Shown piece by piece: positions 40,821 through 51,989 of a stretch of 64,000 bases of DNA (position 1 is the first letter of the stretch; every line of letters starts with the position of its first letter). Position numbers and translations under genes: made by a program. Source of the stretch: a virus; the IMG/VR virus record IMGVR_UViG_3300040801_001435, one strand, 5' to 3'. Below the pieces are notes generated by a model that worked only from the letters and a program-made list of their open reading frames with translations, was not told the DNA's origin and did not search any database.

Positions 40821-41339
40821 TCATTCGTTACCACTTTTAGGGATAATCATATCGATATCTTCCCTGTCACAATCCGGTTTAACGTATTCTTTTTTAAGTT
40901 TTTCAAAAACTCCTCTCCATTGTCCTTCAGACACACCTCTTGGGTCGGACAATCGTCTATTTAACTGCCATTCTTCACCAGAACCAAAATCAAAGACAGT
41001 AATATGGACATTTTGATCTGCTTCTTTTGCCATATCAATATATTTCTTGCGTCGTGCCAAGTCACAGTTAGTTCTATCAATTATAACAGTATGTCCAAGT
41101 TTAAGGTATTCCTGTATGATAGTTTTTTCTATTTCTTGATAGATTGCTTTATGCTTTACATTGTATTTTCCATAGTCACCTTCAATGAATACAACAATAT
41201 CATCCATATTAACACTTTTGATATGGTCGTTTTTGCACAAATTTTTAGTTAGTGTAGTTTTACCACAGCCAATATTACCAACCATCATATATAATTTAGA
41301 CATATTTATCCTCCAACATAAATTTTGGGCGTATTTCAT
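40821..41339 (-). CDS. P-loop kinase (polynucleotide kinase-like, AAA_33)
   Basis: MVGNIGCGKTT, VIIDRTN..LARR. Confidence 0.8.
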   Translation of the reverse strand: MKYAQNLCWRINMSKLYMMVGNIGCGKTTLTKNLCKNDHIKSVNMDDIVVFIEGDYGKYNVKHKAIYQEIEKTIIQEYLKLGHTVIIDRTNCDLARRKKYIDMAKEADQNVHITVFDFGSGEEWQLNRRLSDPRGVSEGQWRGVFEKLKKEYVKPDCDREDIDMIIPKSGNE

Positions 41340-43267
41340 CTAATGTTTCAAGATATTTGTCAAACTTTTCTTTAAGTTGCATATGTTATACTCCATATAG
41401 TGATGCTCTATTTATAAACTTATCTAAAATAACATCTGCCGTTTCAGATATACCCTTTCCACAATCTAACATGTCGATTATTAATTCTTCACTCCAACTT
41501 TGATTTGTTATTGTTTCAAAAAATGTTTCAATAACAACATGTTCGCAAGTTGGATATTTTTTAATCATTTCTACCAATGTTCTTGTATGATCACCAAATT
41601 GACTCATTGTGGAAACCTCCTTTATGTTTAAAAATAACAAATTGATCGTTTTGAAATACTAATGTATATTCGCCTTTTTTCCAATAATCATATGTTTTTT
41701 GAGCTTTAACAATCACCCAATGTCATTAAGTTCACAAATAAGTCTTGTATTTGTATAACAGAAATCGCGTATTTGACAACTCTTTTTTAATATTCATCAA
41801 AGTTAGGTTGTTTTTCAATCTCTACTGAAGTTTCAAATTCTTTAATATCATGTATGAATATAGTAATTCCGGTTTCATGTATATCAGATTCAAATGCTAT
41901 AGATTTCATATTAGACACTGTTGGATAGTTATAATGAATCTCTGTAACGTTTCTATAGCATTTTTTTAAGCCATCACACATTAGTACAATAACTTTACTT
42001 CCAAAGTTCATAATACATCCCTTCTATTCAATATATTATTAGTACAGTATTTTTAATACTACCTATCATACATTGCATACACATTGTTATTTCTCCACAA
42101 ATTTATTACACATAGTTACAACACCATTATATTGTGTCATATCACTACCTTTACAATCAAGTAAACATCTATTTATAATATGTTGTTTTTCATTTCCTAT
42201 GGAAAATTGATATGTCCACAGGTGTAAACATTTTTTACATAAACATTTATCAGGCATAATACTACCTTTAAGTATACATTTTGGACATGGTATGTATCCA
42301 GGTATTGGTGTTTTATAATCAAATATAAATTTACGAGTAAATTTACCTGGTGATATACCATGTCTTCTTAATTTAATAAAATATGCTATACAACATGGAG
42401 GATAATCATAATATCGCCCCAATGTTGCATCAGCATCAAATTGTGTTATTTTTCCAAATTTAACCAATCTCCTTAGAAATTGGTGCAATTTCTTGTTGGT
42501 CATAAATAAATATTTCCGATAATGTTTCTTTCAGAGAATTCATTTTAAAATTCCTCCAAAATGTTTTTAAGTTTTTGTTTAAGTGTAGATTATTTAAACA
42601 AAATAACATAAATTCATATTCAACTTCTTTTGGCACACTAACATTAAACATGAACATTCTAATCCAATGATTATATATATTTCCATAAAAAGAATGTATA
42701 TTATCATGTGTTATAATATGTGTTTCTGTTTTATCATTTTCAAATGTTATTACTGCTGCATTATATGGTAATTTAAGATGAAAATGCTTTCGTAGATCAT
42801 CAACATATGTATCCCATGTTACATTTTCATGGTCTATAATTCCTAATGCTGCTATTGGATAATTTTCGAAAAAATGATTTAAATTAACATTGTTGTGAAT
42901 ATCATTATCAAAAAACGATACATATTTACGTATCCATAGTGATATATTTTTCATTTTCCAATCCTTTCTCTGTGCCATGTGTCTGCTGCTGTGTCTACCA
43001 TACCGTCTCGAATCCCCTTATGGCTTCTATGAGTTTCCGATCCCAATACTTTTTGTTTATATATGTACATCTTTCAACAAATTGTTGACATTCGTTAATA
43101 CGATTTTCAATCTTTTCTAATGATGATGTCATAATAATCTCCTTTTATGAATAATAGTTTACTTTTTCTTATTTCTATATGTGTGTGTTGAATCTTTCAA
43201 AATTAATCCATATGGTATTGTCTTCTTTTTAATAAATTTATCTAAATCAAATAACCATAGTATATAA

Positions 43268-43726
43268 TTAAGATACTGCCAAATATTCATGGTCTTTTTT
43301 AAGCTCATTAAATGGTAATTTTGCCGCAGCTTTTGCCATTTTGTCACAAAGTTCATTTTCTGTATGTCCGGCATGTCCTTTAATCCACTCAAATTTAATT
43401 GTGTGTCGTTTTTGTTCTTTTATCATCTCTAACCATAAATCTTTATTTTTAACGTTTTTCCATCCACGTTTAATCCAACCATCTATCCAATTTTTATTAT
43501 ATGCATTTGTTACATATTGACTATCGCAGTATGTAACAACTTCTGAAGGATTTTTAATAGACTGTAATCCTCGCACAAGTCCCATTAGTTCCATTCTATT
43601 ATTTGTTGATAATTCGAAACCTTCAGAAGCAGTAGATACTATGGCGCCATTTTGTTTAATAATATATGCCCATCCACTTTTTCCAGGATTTCCTAAACTA
43701 CTTCCATCTGAATATATTTCAATCAT
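43268..43726 (-). CDS. rnhA: ribonuclease HI
   Basis: YSDGSSLGNPG, TNNRMEL, CDSQY, NKDLW, WIKGHAGHTENELCD. Confidence 0.97.
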   Translation of the reverse strand: MIEIYSDGSSLGNPGKSGWAYIIKQNGAIVSTASEGFELSTNNRMELMGLVRGLQSIKNPSEVVTYCDSQYVTNAYNKNWIDGWIKRGWKNVKNKDLWLEMIKEQKRHTIKFEWIKGHAGHTENELCDKMAKAAAKLPFNELKKDHEYLAVS

Positions 43727-44919
43727 TATATAAATCTCCCAAACCTATCAACTTCCGTATATGGAATAAGTGATACAGTTCTTCCTGGTTTTTGACTACT
43801 TACTGTAATTGGACAAATTCTTCCAAAATGTGTTTCATGAATTGTTTGTATTTCTTTTGGAGGATGTTCTACACCAGGAGATACCATATTAACTTTATGT
43901 TGAGGAATACTACTGAAGAAATTTACTGGTTCATATATATAATTTCCTGATAATCCTCCCATTTTCTTTCCAGCGGTATTAGTTTGTTGTTTTTTACCAG
44001 AAGCTCTAAAATATTTAATTATAGACATATTATCTATTTTTATTTCATCATATAAAATCCCTCGCCAAACTTGTTTAGCGAAATTTGCGATTTTATCAAA
44101 AAATGGCCGCAATAACAACTCAATAAAAATTAATCTTTTATTAGCCAAGTCAACAAAGTTAAACGTGTCTTTATGAATATATTTATTAAGTGCCCATACT
44201 AACAAATATTCCAAATCAGAAGAAGAATAACAAGTATTATACAATTCATCTGTATAATAGTCAAAAATTACATCAGATATAAATTGTCTTGCTTTATCTA
44301 TATCATCAATGTTATTATTTCCAAAAGCATTTCTAAAATAAGTTACAATTTCCTCATCCGGATGAGTATCATGTTGTTTTTTGTGATTTTTAAGAAACGC
44401 ATTATATAATTCTAAACTTTCAACCTTTTCAAAAAATAATTGAAAGAAATATGATAGTGGTATATTTATTCCAGTTAAAATTGCAATATCATCTTTAAAA
44501 TAAATAGTTAAACCATTCAACAATCCATAGAATTGTATACTTTTTTCTTTGATAATAATAGGATAATCAACAACATACATTGCTGGAACATATATTGTTC
44601 CATTTAGATTGAATGTGCATCCATCTAACAATGTTGGTATTAGAATGTTTAAAAATGTTTTTTCATATTTTTCTTCATCTGTTGTATATGCGTCAGTTTT
44701 TATTATTAGTTCGCTAAAACAACTATTAAATAACCCGATATAATTTATCCGTTCTTTGAAATCTATATTTTTAACATTAATATATCTATTACCAAATTTC
44801 AATAAATATTCCATAGCAACAGAAGCAAAATATGGTATTATGCTATATTGATATTCTCTGAAATTAGTAACAGATAATATATCAGTATTTGGTTGTTTTC
44901 TTTTTTGTAGTGTATTCAT
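43726..44919 (-). CDS. phage RNA polymerase beta subunit, N-terminal part
   Basis: Ends with IHETHFGRICPI...GR (beta VHPTHYGRVCPI region); coupled to the beta-C gene. Confidence 0.75.
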   Translation of the reverse strand: MNTLQKRKQPNTDILSVTNFREYQYSIIPYFASVAMEYLLKFGNRYINVKNIDFKERINYIGLFNSCFSELIIKTDAYTTDEEKYEKTFLNILIPTLLDGCTFNLNGTIYVPAMYVVDYPIIIKEKSIQFYGLLNGLTIYFKDDIAILTGINIPLSYFFQLFFEKVESLELYNAFLKNHKKQHDTHPDEEIVTYFRNAFGNNNIDDIDKARQFISDVIFDYYTDELYNTCYSSSDLEYLLVWALNKYIHKDTFNFVDLANKRLIFIELLLRPFFDKIANFAKQVWRGILYDEIKIDNMSIIKYFRASGKKQQTNTAGKKMGGLSGNYIYEPVNFFSSIPQHKVNMVSPGVEHPPKEIQTIHETHFGRICPITVSSQKPGRTVSLIPYTEVDRFGRFI

Positions 44920-46880
44920 TACAATTGTAATGCCTTTAATAGTGTTGTCACTACTTTCTTTGTTCCAACTTCCATCGTAATATCTGTTGGCATTTCATAA
45001 TATCCTTTTTCTATAAGTTGTTCTAATAAATTTTCTTTTCCAGCAGTATAGTCAGATTTAACAGTATATAATTCATGAAGTGCTTTAGGACATCCAGAAC
45101 TTAATATAGCTTCGGCTTCCATTTGTCCTACTCTAACGCCACCTTTTAGTGCTCTACCCTTCACTGGTTGTTTTGTAATAGATTTATATGGACCAACATT
45201 TCTAGATGCTATTATTTTTTCTGATATTTTATTTAATTTAACAGTATAAATTGGTGCACACATTATCCCATCAACAGTCTTATCTATTGCTGGAAATGGT
45301 AGCTCAATACGCAAACATTGACGCATATATTGTAAAAACTTTCTGCTTTGAAATACTGGTTCATTCAATTGCACTGAGTTGTTTTTAATCTTTTCAATAT
45401 TGATGTGTTTAAATGGTGGTGCTTCAACAAACAAATTGGAAGCAAATATGCTATCTATAACAGTTTTTCTAATAGACGTATCATTATCCATATTATTAAT
45501 CAATCTTTCAACATCACTACTATATTCAATATCGTTGAAATTATCAATGATATTTAGTTTAATCCATTTAAGTGTATCTGTAATTTTATCAGGATTTGTA
45601 CGAATATAGTTATCACAAATCATCATATTTTTTGATATTAATGCTTCAGGCATGACACTTATATTCATTCGACTTGGAACACCAAATGAATTAAACATTA
45701 CATCAATTGGTTTATTTGTTATTGTTGATATTGGTCTTAATTCATCTGGTAGAATATGTCCAACAACACCTTTTCCTGCATATCTATTGCATATTTTATC
45801 ACCAACTTTTGTATTTTCTTCTTTATAAATATCACACTCGATAATATATACAGCATTCAATATATCGTTTCTATTGGTTGTTATATTATCTTGTCTATTT
45901 GAAAATACAAAGTATTTTGCCATTATAAATTTGCAATATTCGTCACTGAAAGTATTGTTCAAGTCGAAAAATGCATTCATTGCATATTTCTTAAAATACA
46001 AAATATGCATGTTCTCTAAAACATTTTGTAAGTTATCATCAATAAGTCTAACATCATCTTTCAACTTATGAATTCTATATCCTTGAATAATACCACTGTT
46101 TATTTTTGTTTCAATTGGTTCTGTAGAGAAATTTGATGACCCATGATCAAATCCTATCATATCAGATAGATTCATTGATTTAAGCATTATTGTCATTTTT
46201 TGCTTTATATCGCTCATTGAATGATAATCTGATATTTTTGGTTCTATTTTCATTGCAAATATATTATTTGTTATTTGCTGACCAATAGCAGGAAAATATT
46301 TGAAAGATTCTACATCATTTTTATATATTGGTTGAAATATTGAATGTTCAAATACCGGAATAATAACTCTATCTATATACCGGTGTTTTGCTTTATTTGC
46401 AAAACTTTCAGATATAACAATTCCATCTTCATGATTATATCCAAAAAATGGCATCATTGCTGTATAAGCATTATATCCAAATGATGGTACTCCTGTTCTG
46501 AAACAATCATATTCGTATATAATGTCACCTTTCATAAAAGGTGTATTTGATGGTAAACAAAATCGTAAACTTGAACTGAAAATACCTATAGATTTTTTAA
46601 TAAGAGGTATTTCTTTAATTTCTATTTTATTCAATCCTGTATAGTGTATAACAATAATGTCATTATTTTTATAAATAACATTCCCATCATCTTTTGCTAT
46701 ACATATTCCAAGTGGACTATTATTTGTTATATCTCGATAATCTGTTGATGTCACATATGGTATTTCACAATTAGTGTGTGTTAGTGCTTGTGTTATTTGT
46801 TTTGCTGCCATCTGCATTCTTGTGCTATCACAAGAACCATCAAACGGCTGGCCTGCTAGATTTGAGCTTACTATCGACAT
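44919..46880 (-). CDS. phage RNA polymerase beta subunit, C-terminal part
   Basis: RMQMAAKQITQA, GYNHEDGIVIS, GDKICNRYAGKGVV, GVPSRMN, KGGVRVGQME. Confidence 0.93.
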   Translation of the reverse strand: MSIVSSNLAGQPFDGSCDSTRMQMAAKQITQALTHTNCEIPYVTSTDYRDITNNSPLGICIAKDDGNVIYKNNDIIVIHYTGLNKIEIKEIPLIKKSIGIFSSSLRFCLPSNTPFMKGDIIYEYDCFRTGVPSFGYNAYTAMMPFFGYNHEDGIVISESFANKAKHRYIDRVIIPVFEHSIFQPIYKNDVESFKYFPAIGQQITNNIFAMKIEPKISDYHSMSDIKQKMTIMLKSMNLSDMIGFDHGSSNFSTEPIETKINSGIIQGYRIHKLKDDVRLIDDNLQNVLENMHILYFKKYAMNAFFDLNNTFSDEYCKFIMAKYFVFSNRQDNITTNRNDILNAVYIIECDIYKEENTKVGDKICNRYAGKGVVGHILPDELRPISTITNKPIDVMFNSFGVPSRMNISVMPEALISKNMMICDNYIRTNPDKITDTLKWIKLNIIDNFNDIEYSSDVERLINNMDNDTSIRKTVIDSIFASNLFVEAPPFKHINIEKIKNNSVQLNEPVFQSRKFLQYMRQCLRIELPFPAIDKTVDGIMCAPIYTVKLNKISEKIIASRNVGPYKSITKQPVKGRALKGGVRVGQMEAEAILSSGCPKALHELYTVKSDYTAGKENLLEQLIEKGYYEMPTDITMEVGTKKVVTTLLKALQL

Positions 46881-47034
46881 ATTTATCCAACTCGTTTAAG
46901 ATATCTGTTACATATTGTTCAATAATAATTGGTTTAATCTTTTCACCTCTAACGATTCTAGTTAATAATCTAGTTATATGATTCTTTATCTCATCTCTTG
47001 GTTTTAACATTTTAAATTATCCTCGTTAAAAAAA

Positions 47035-47054
47035 TTGGGGCAATATTGCCCCAA
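47035..47054 (-). terminator. intrinsic terminator
   Basis: Perfect palindrome ttggggcaatattgccccaa, with a T-run 3' on the minus strand. Confidence 0.75.
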
Positions 47055-47066
47055 TATCATTATTAT

Positions 47067-47618
47067 TTATCCTAACGTAGGAATAGTACCATTATTCAAT
47101 AGTTCAACTACTGCTTTTTCACATTTTTCATCATTTTCAATATTATTCTTAGCATAATATATATGATCGACATTTTGCAAAATGTTTCGTGCCATTTTTC
47201 TTGAAATTTTACTCAAATCATTAAGGACTGTTGCTATTAGTTCTTTATTCTCGCCTTTTTCGCCCTTTTCAGTTTCATACTCATAGCTATTGAGTTCTCC
47301 GGCAACAAATACCATATCACCAACACTCATATTTTCTAAAGCATAAATTGCGGGTTGGCCCCAACATTTAACATCTAGCCAACAAGTCTTCATTGATTTT
47401 GCTACTTTTCTTGCTTCATCTTTTGCTTTTTTAATTTCTTCATTACTCATGCCTGGAGTTATATTTAGTGCCTCATTATATTTTTTTACACTAAATACCT
47501 CTTTGTTTGTTGCCATACGGAATTTAACACCAGTTGCATCATCACTACTTTTCTTAGGAAGTTCTTTAGGTTCTGTTCCAATGTGTCCAAGTCTGATATC
47601 AATTTGAAAGCTATGCAT
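47067..47618 (-). CDS. ssb: single-stranded DNA-binding protein (OB fold)
   Basis: GHIGTEP, KFRMATN, WLDVKCWG, VGDMVFVAGELN; no acidic PF tail. Confidence 0.75.
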   Translation of the reverse strand: MHSFQIDIRLGHIGTEPKELPKKSSDDATGVKFRMATNKEVFSVKKYNEALNITPGMSNEEIKKAKDEARKVAKSMKTCWLDVKCWGQPAIYALENMSVGDMVFVAGELNSYEYETEKGEKGENKELIATVLNDLSKISRKMARNILQNVDHIYYAKNNIENDEKCEKAVVELLNNGTIPTLG

Positions 47619-47630
47619 TTGTTTTCTCCT

Positions 47631-50600
47631 TTAGATTAACCGACCATAACATAATTTGAAGTAAACATTCATGTCGGTTTGTTCAGATATTTCAAAATTA
47701 AAATTAGGAAGTGTTTTCCTATTAGGCTGAAATAGTGCTCCTAAGAATGGATCAATATTTACAGCTATACTTTTATCATTGAGTTTTTTGGTTATTTTTT
47801 TATTTTGATTATATCGCCAAAACTCAACAGGGTCATTTTTGTTATTTGTTAGAAACATATTTGCAAATATCATTTCTACAAACGAAGAATATGGTGTACC
47901 AACAGATAAAATATATTCCATCATTTTTTGATAATATACACTGGGATGTTCAACTGTATATTTTCTTGTAGTCTCTTTAGTAATTAGTAGTTGATTTACA
48001 CCATTAATAATTGAAATAACATCATCGTTATATATTTCATAATAATTATCGTTATATATTAATGTTGTTCCATCTTTTTTTTCAAATCCATTTAGATTAT
48101 ATATTTCTTCTGGGAAATCATCATTATTAAAATGACATAATATTTTATTATCATTTAATTCGATATCTACTAAATGATTCTTCATAAACGATATAATTTC
48201 TTTTTTTACGTTAATATTTGCTGCACCACTAGTATGAAATGTTTGCATTGTTAATTGTGTTAATCTTTCAGATATGCTTTGTGCTGCAATTATACCAACA
48301 TATTGTGATACAAAGTTACGTTCACCAAAACACTTTTTACACATTTTAAATTTAGGATTAATGCATGTTATTGGAGATCGTATATAAACGTCTTTGCCGA
48401 TAAAACTTATTGCAGTTTCTAAATCAAATGTGCCTGAGTTATTATCAATGACATAATTTTTACCAACAAGTGAATAAGCATGATTTTCATTAATAACATG
48501 TATTTTTAAATAATTTGTTGTACAACAATCATCCATATCTATCTCTAAAGGACTTAATGCCATTGCCAATGATCTTTCCATATAGCCGCTATCAGGAGTG
48601 GCTTTACTTTTATCACCAATACCTTTTCGACTTCCTGGAGCACCTCTGAAGAATTCCTCTTCAGTAAATCCTATTAATAGATTTGATTTTATTGGACTTT
48701 TAATGATTTTGTTATTATCATCAGAAACATATCCGGCGTTTATACATATTTTCGCTAATTGATTAGCGTTAACTCTACTACCGGATTTATAAACATTTAA
48801 TAATTTATTGGTATTGCTACAAGATTCTATACATTTTTCTACAAGTGCTTTATTTACACAATATCCTACCATTATATTTTGTTTTGGTAGATTTTTAAAC
48901 ATCTGTTTATGTTTGTCATTGACAAACTCTAACATATCATCTATGTTCATTGATGGCGTATGGCTTGTAGAACTTATGAAATACATTAATTTTTTACTCA
49001 AATCAGTTAGTCTATCATAATAAATTGCTGATGTCTCTGAGTCTTTTAAAATCTTTTCACTTATTTTTCTTGATGTTTTTTTATCAATAATAAAGTCTAT
49101 TTCAATATCATCAACGAACCCACACCACTTATTTAATAAACATAATCCATATGGATATATATTGTCATTAAATTTAACAGGTTGATTCAAATTATTATCA
49201 TATAATTCATCTGATTCTGGCAAAGTTTGTAAATTTTCAAGTTCAATTATTGGTTTATCATTACATGAAATTTGTGTTGATAGAACATATGCGCCGTATA
49301 ATGCTTCATGTCTTATTGAAGAAAGAATCCTGTTATCTGATTGGTAATGTGTTATATTTTTAACAAATGCATTTTCTTTCATTTGCTTCAATGATTCTAC
49401 ATCATGTACATAATATAATGCTAATTGATCACCATCTAAATCAGCATTCATCATTTCTAAAATTGGCGGCGATAATGCTATTGTTGTATAATCGTTATCT
49501 TCTGGAACAATTTCAACAACAGGTATGCTATGCGCCCATAATGTTGGTGGTCTATTCAAAAACACCAATCTATATAGTTGAATAGTTTCATCTTCATTTT
49601 CACAAAACCAATCCAAGAATTCTTGAAATTGTTCTTTTGATTTGTCAGACTGCATAAATTCATCATAACAATAATCATATTCCAATCCACGAATACGTGT
49701 CATATAGTACATGAAATGTGGTTTCCATAATGTATATAATATATCTTTACTTACTTTAATTTGATATGTTGGTAATGATGGATCACATCGTATAACTGCT
49801 CTTGCGCTAAAATCAACATTTTTACCAAGAACACTACCACGAATTAATCCTTTCTTTCCAGACAATTCATCATAATATGATTGATATATAACATTAACAT
49901 AATATTGATATTTTGATGCTTTTATATCATATTCAATTATAGTTGGGTCTATAAATGGGGAAGCATAATATTCATCAATATCATGTATATTCATTTTTTT
50001 AAGAAGTATATCAATCCACATTTGTTCATCATCATTAATACGACTAGCTATTGCCGCATTTGTTCTTTCGTATATTAATAATGTTGTATAGAACTTATTT
50101 ATTGGTGGTGTTCTAACCACTTTTGTTTGTGGATCATAAAATAATGCTCTCAAACTTGGTGGAATAACATGAATAAATGACATTACACATTTATCATAAA
50201 TATTTTCTATAACTGGCACTTTAATATATTTAGCTATTATTTTTAAGCATAAATAAAAACTATATATACCTGTTATATTTATTGGTAATAATAAAAACCC
50301 AGCATGATGAATAAATCGATTAAATACTTTAACCTCTGATAGGTCGTTACTTATTCCTATATATCTTTCGGTGTTTGTTAAATAATCGGCTCTATTTGGG
50401 TTTAATATTATACTATGTGTATTTCCTAATATTTTTGTTAATAGTGCTTTCGTAGTTGGTTTGAAACATGGAAATGTAAGATTGATCTTTCCAAAAACTT
50501 CATATCTTAATTCATTAGAATCACAAACAACGCCACACTTTGGACATTTTTGCTTTTCAAATAATGATCTGTCTCTATAATATTTACATTCTTGTCCGCA

Positions 50601-50729
50601 TGTATAGTTATTAACAGGTCCGAATATTTGTTCTGAAAACAGTCCAAATGGATCTATTTTCATATTCTTTAGAGTACCTTTTGGAGATGTTACATATCCT
50701 CCTAGTTCTGGATATATTATATCATTCAT
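47631..50729 (-). CDS. phage RNA polymerase beta' subunit (compact, unsplit)
   Basis: GLFSEQIFGP, Zn ribbon, GKKGLIRGSVLGKNVDFSARAVI, NRPPTL, NADLDGD, bridge helix, trigger loop TQLTMQTFHTSG. Confidence 0.95.
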   Translation of the reverse strand: MNDIIYPELGGYVTSPKGTLKNMKIDPFGLFSEQIFGPVNNYTCGQECKYYRDRSLFEKQKCPKCGVVCDSNELRYEVFGKINLTFPCFKPTTKALLTKILGNTHSIILNPNRADYLTNTERYIGISNDLSEVKVFNRFIHHAGFLLLPINITGIYSFYLCLKIIAKYIKVPVIENIYDKCVMSFIHVIPPSLRALFYDPQTKVVRTPPINKFYTTLLIYERTNAAIASRINDDEQMWIDILLKKMNIHDIDEYYASPFIDPTIIEYDIKASKYQYYVNVIYQSYYDELSGKKGLIRGSVLGKNVDFSARAVIRCDPSLPTYQIKVSKDILYTLWKPHFMYYMTRIRGLEYDYCYDEFMQSDKSKEQFQEFLDWFCENEDETIQLYRLVFLNRPPTLWAHSIPVVEIVPEDNDYTTIALSPPILEMMNADLDGDQLALYYVHDVESLKQMKENAFVKNITHYQSDNRILSSIRHEALYGAYVLSTQISCNDKPIIELENLQTLPESDELYDNNLNQPVKFNDNIYPYGLCLLNKWCGFVDDIEIDFIIDKKTSRKISEKILKDSETSAIYYDRLTDLSKKLMYFISSTSHTPSMNIDDMLEFVNDKHKQMFKNLPKQNIMVGYCVNKALVEKCIESCSNTNKLLNVYKSGSRVNANQLAKICINAGYVSDDNNKIIKSPIKSNLLIGFTEEEFFRGAPGSRKGIGDKSKATPDSGYMERSLAMALSPLEIDMDDCCTTNYLKIHVINENHAYSLVGKNYVIDNNSGTFDLETAISFIGKDVYIRSPITCINPKFKMCKKCFGERNFVSQYVGIIAAQSISERLTQLTMQTFHTSGAANINVKKEIISFMKNHLVDIELNDNKILCHFNNDDFPEEIYNLNGFEKKDGTTLIYNDNYYEIYNDDVISIINGVNQLLITKETTRKYTVEHPSVYYQKMMEYILSVGTPYSSFVEMIFANMFLTNNKNDPVEFWRYNQNKKITKKLNDKSIAVNIDPFLGALFQPNRKTLPNFNFEISEQTDMNVYFKLCYGRLI

Positions 50730-51196
50730 ATAGGATCCGTTATATCACTAGTATCCTTTAAAATATCCATAATAACTTTTTCAGCTAATTTTTCTTGTGT
50801 TCGTTTTCTACTGTGTGTTGTTGCTTTAAATTCTGCATTTTTATTATATCTTGTTTGTTCTAATGCTGCTTCATCTGTTACAAGATATGTATTTTTGAAT
50901 ATTGCTGGCGTTTTAATTGGAACACGTCTCAGCAAATGTTCGTCGGCATTTAATTTATTTTTAAATATATACGATGGTGTGAATTTAAATCGCAACGCAT
51001 CAATCCCACGTCGTTTATCAAAATATTTAAAACAAATAAATTTGCCTAATCCTCGTACAGTACAACTACTATCGAGAGTTGTTTTTTTTACAATTTCTTG
51101 GAATATATCATCTATTATCGAATGTATTTGATGGTCGGGAATATCTTTATATTTTTCAGATATTGCTAGTTCACAATCTTTTGGTAGGGTAAACAT
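50726..51196 (-). CDS. HU/IHF-like DNA-binding protein
   Basis: IIDDIFQEI...VRGLGKF...RFKFTPSYIFKNKLN. Confidence 0.6.
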   Translation of the reverse strand: MFTLPKDCELAISEKYKDIPDHQIHSIIDDIFQEIVKKTTLDSSCTVRGLGKFICFKYFDKRRGIDALRFKFTPSYIFKNKLNADEHLLRRVPIKTPAIFKNTYLVTDEAALEQTRYNKNAEFKATTHSRKRTQEKLAEKVIMDILKDTSDITDPI

Positions 51197-51199
51197 ATA

Positions 51200-51634
51200 T
51201 TATTTCCACAGGACACATAAAAGTGTATTATTTTCAATAATAATTTTACTTTTTAATAGCACAACATATGCTATTCCATCTCTAATATATCTAATGTCAA
51301 TATCTTCGGAAACATTGCTAAATATTTTCATAAATAAAAATTCATCGCTTTTTATGGTTTTATTATCAATGGGAAGTTTCCATGCTTGTCCTTGTTTAAG
51401 AACTAATGGTTTTTTATGTGTGTTTTGTATAGATCCTTCTTTACCTGAGATCAAATTAATAAAGTCGATTTTATAAACTTGATCTGTTCCGAAATCCACA
51501 TGGATTTCTATTGGTGATTGCTCTATTTTTGGTTCTTCAATCACCATATTTTCATCATCATATGTCATTATAATCTCCTTTTTGAACAAAAAGAATATTT
51601 CTGTATTAAAATTATTCTGAAATAAAATATCCAC
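51200..51634 (-). CDS. hypothetical protein
   Basis: ORF with an internal AAGGAG-ATG start near 51567. Confidence 0.55.
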   Translation of the reverse strand: MDILFQNNFNTEIFFLFKKEIIMTYDDENMVIEEPKIEQSPIEIHVDFGTDQVYKIDFINLISGKEGSIQNTHKKPLVLKQGQAWKLPIDNKTIKSDEFLFMKIFSNVSEDIDIRYIRDGIAYVVLLKSKIIIENNTLLCVLWK

Positions 51635-51649
51635 CCCAAAGGGGCTTCA

Positions 51650-51691
51650 TCATTTTCCTCTGTAGATTTTAATCTTTTTCATGATCTTCAT
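51650..51691 (-). CDS. minigene 3 (MKIMKKIKIYRGK)
   Basis: AAAGGAG RBS, 13 aa, followed by hairpin gcccc-tttg-gggt. Confidence 0.55.
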   Translation of the reverse strand: MKIMKKIKIYRGK

Positions 51692-51737
51692 TAGATATCT
51701 CCTTTCTGTGTAAATAATATTAATCTCTTTTCTCTGG

Positions 51738-51767
51738 TTATCGTCCTATGAAAATCTTGATCTTCAT
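51738..51767 (-). CDS. minigene 2 (MKIKIFIGR)
   Basis: Shares ATGAAGATCA start and KIKI..GR/K end with minigene 3; weak RBS. Confidence 0.4.
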   Translation of the reverse strand: MKIKIFIGR

Positions 51768-51787
51768 TTCTGTTAAACTAAAAAATC

Positions 51788-51894
51788 GAGCTGCAACTAT
51801 TTCTATCCCTCTTAGAAATTTCCTCTTGCAGCCCGAATACTTGTAACCAATTAGGGGTGTTGTTCCCTAATCGCAGGCCATATTCATTGGCCTG
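51788..51894 (-). ncRNA. GC-rich three-hairpin RNA element
   Basis: Stems caggcca/tggcctg, attaggg/ccctaat and gggctgcaa/ttgcagctc (G-U works only on the minus strand). Confidence 0.5.
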
Positions 51895-51908
51895 GCGCCT
51901 TCGGACTT

Positions 51909-51944
51909 TTACTTGCTTGTGATGATCTTAATGTTTGAATACAT
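51909..51944 (-). CDS. minigene 1 (MYSNIKIITSK)
   Basis: AAAGGAG RBS; TATAGAAAT motif about 42 nt upstream. Confidence 0.5.
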   Translation of the reverse strand: MYSNIKIITSK

Positions 51945-51989
51945 GAATACAATCTCCTTTCCTCGTATTTAGGTCCATCTTGTATATTT

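Noticed and set aside
43726-50729. Introns or inteins explaining the split RNAP
   Set aside because: beta-C and beta-N overlap directly (TAATG at 44919); no intein C/HN signatures or large insertions seen
51650-51767. Link between minigene MKI starts and the MKIR array leader
   Set aside because: MKI is a common start in AT-rich genomes, and the diagnostic FVANSSS part is absent
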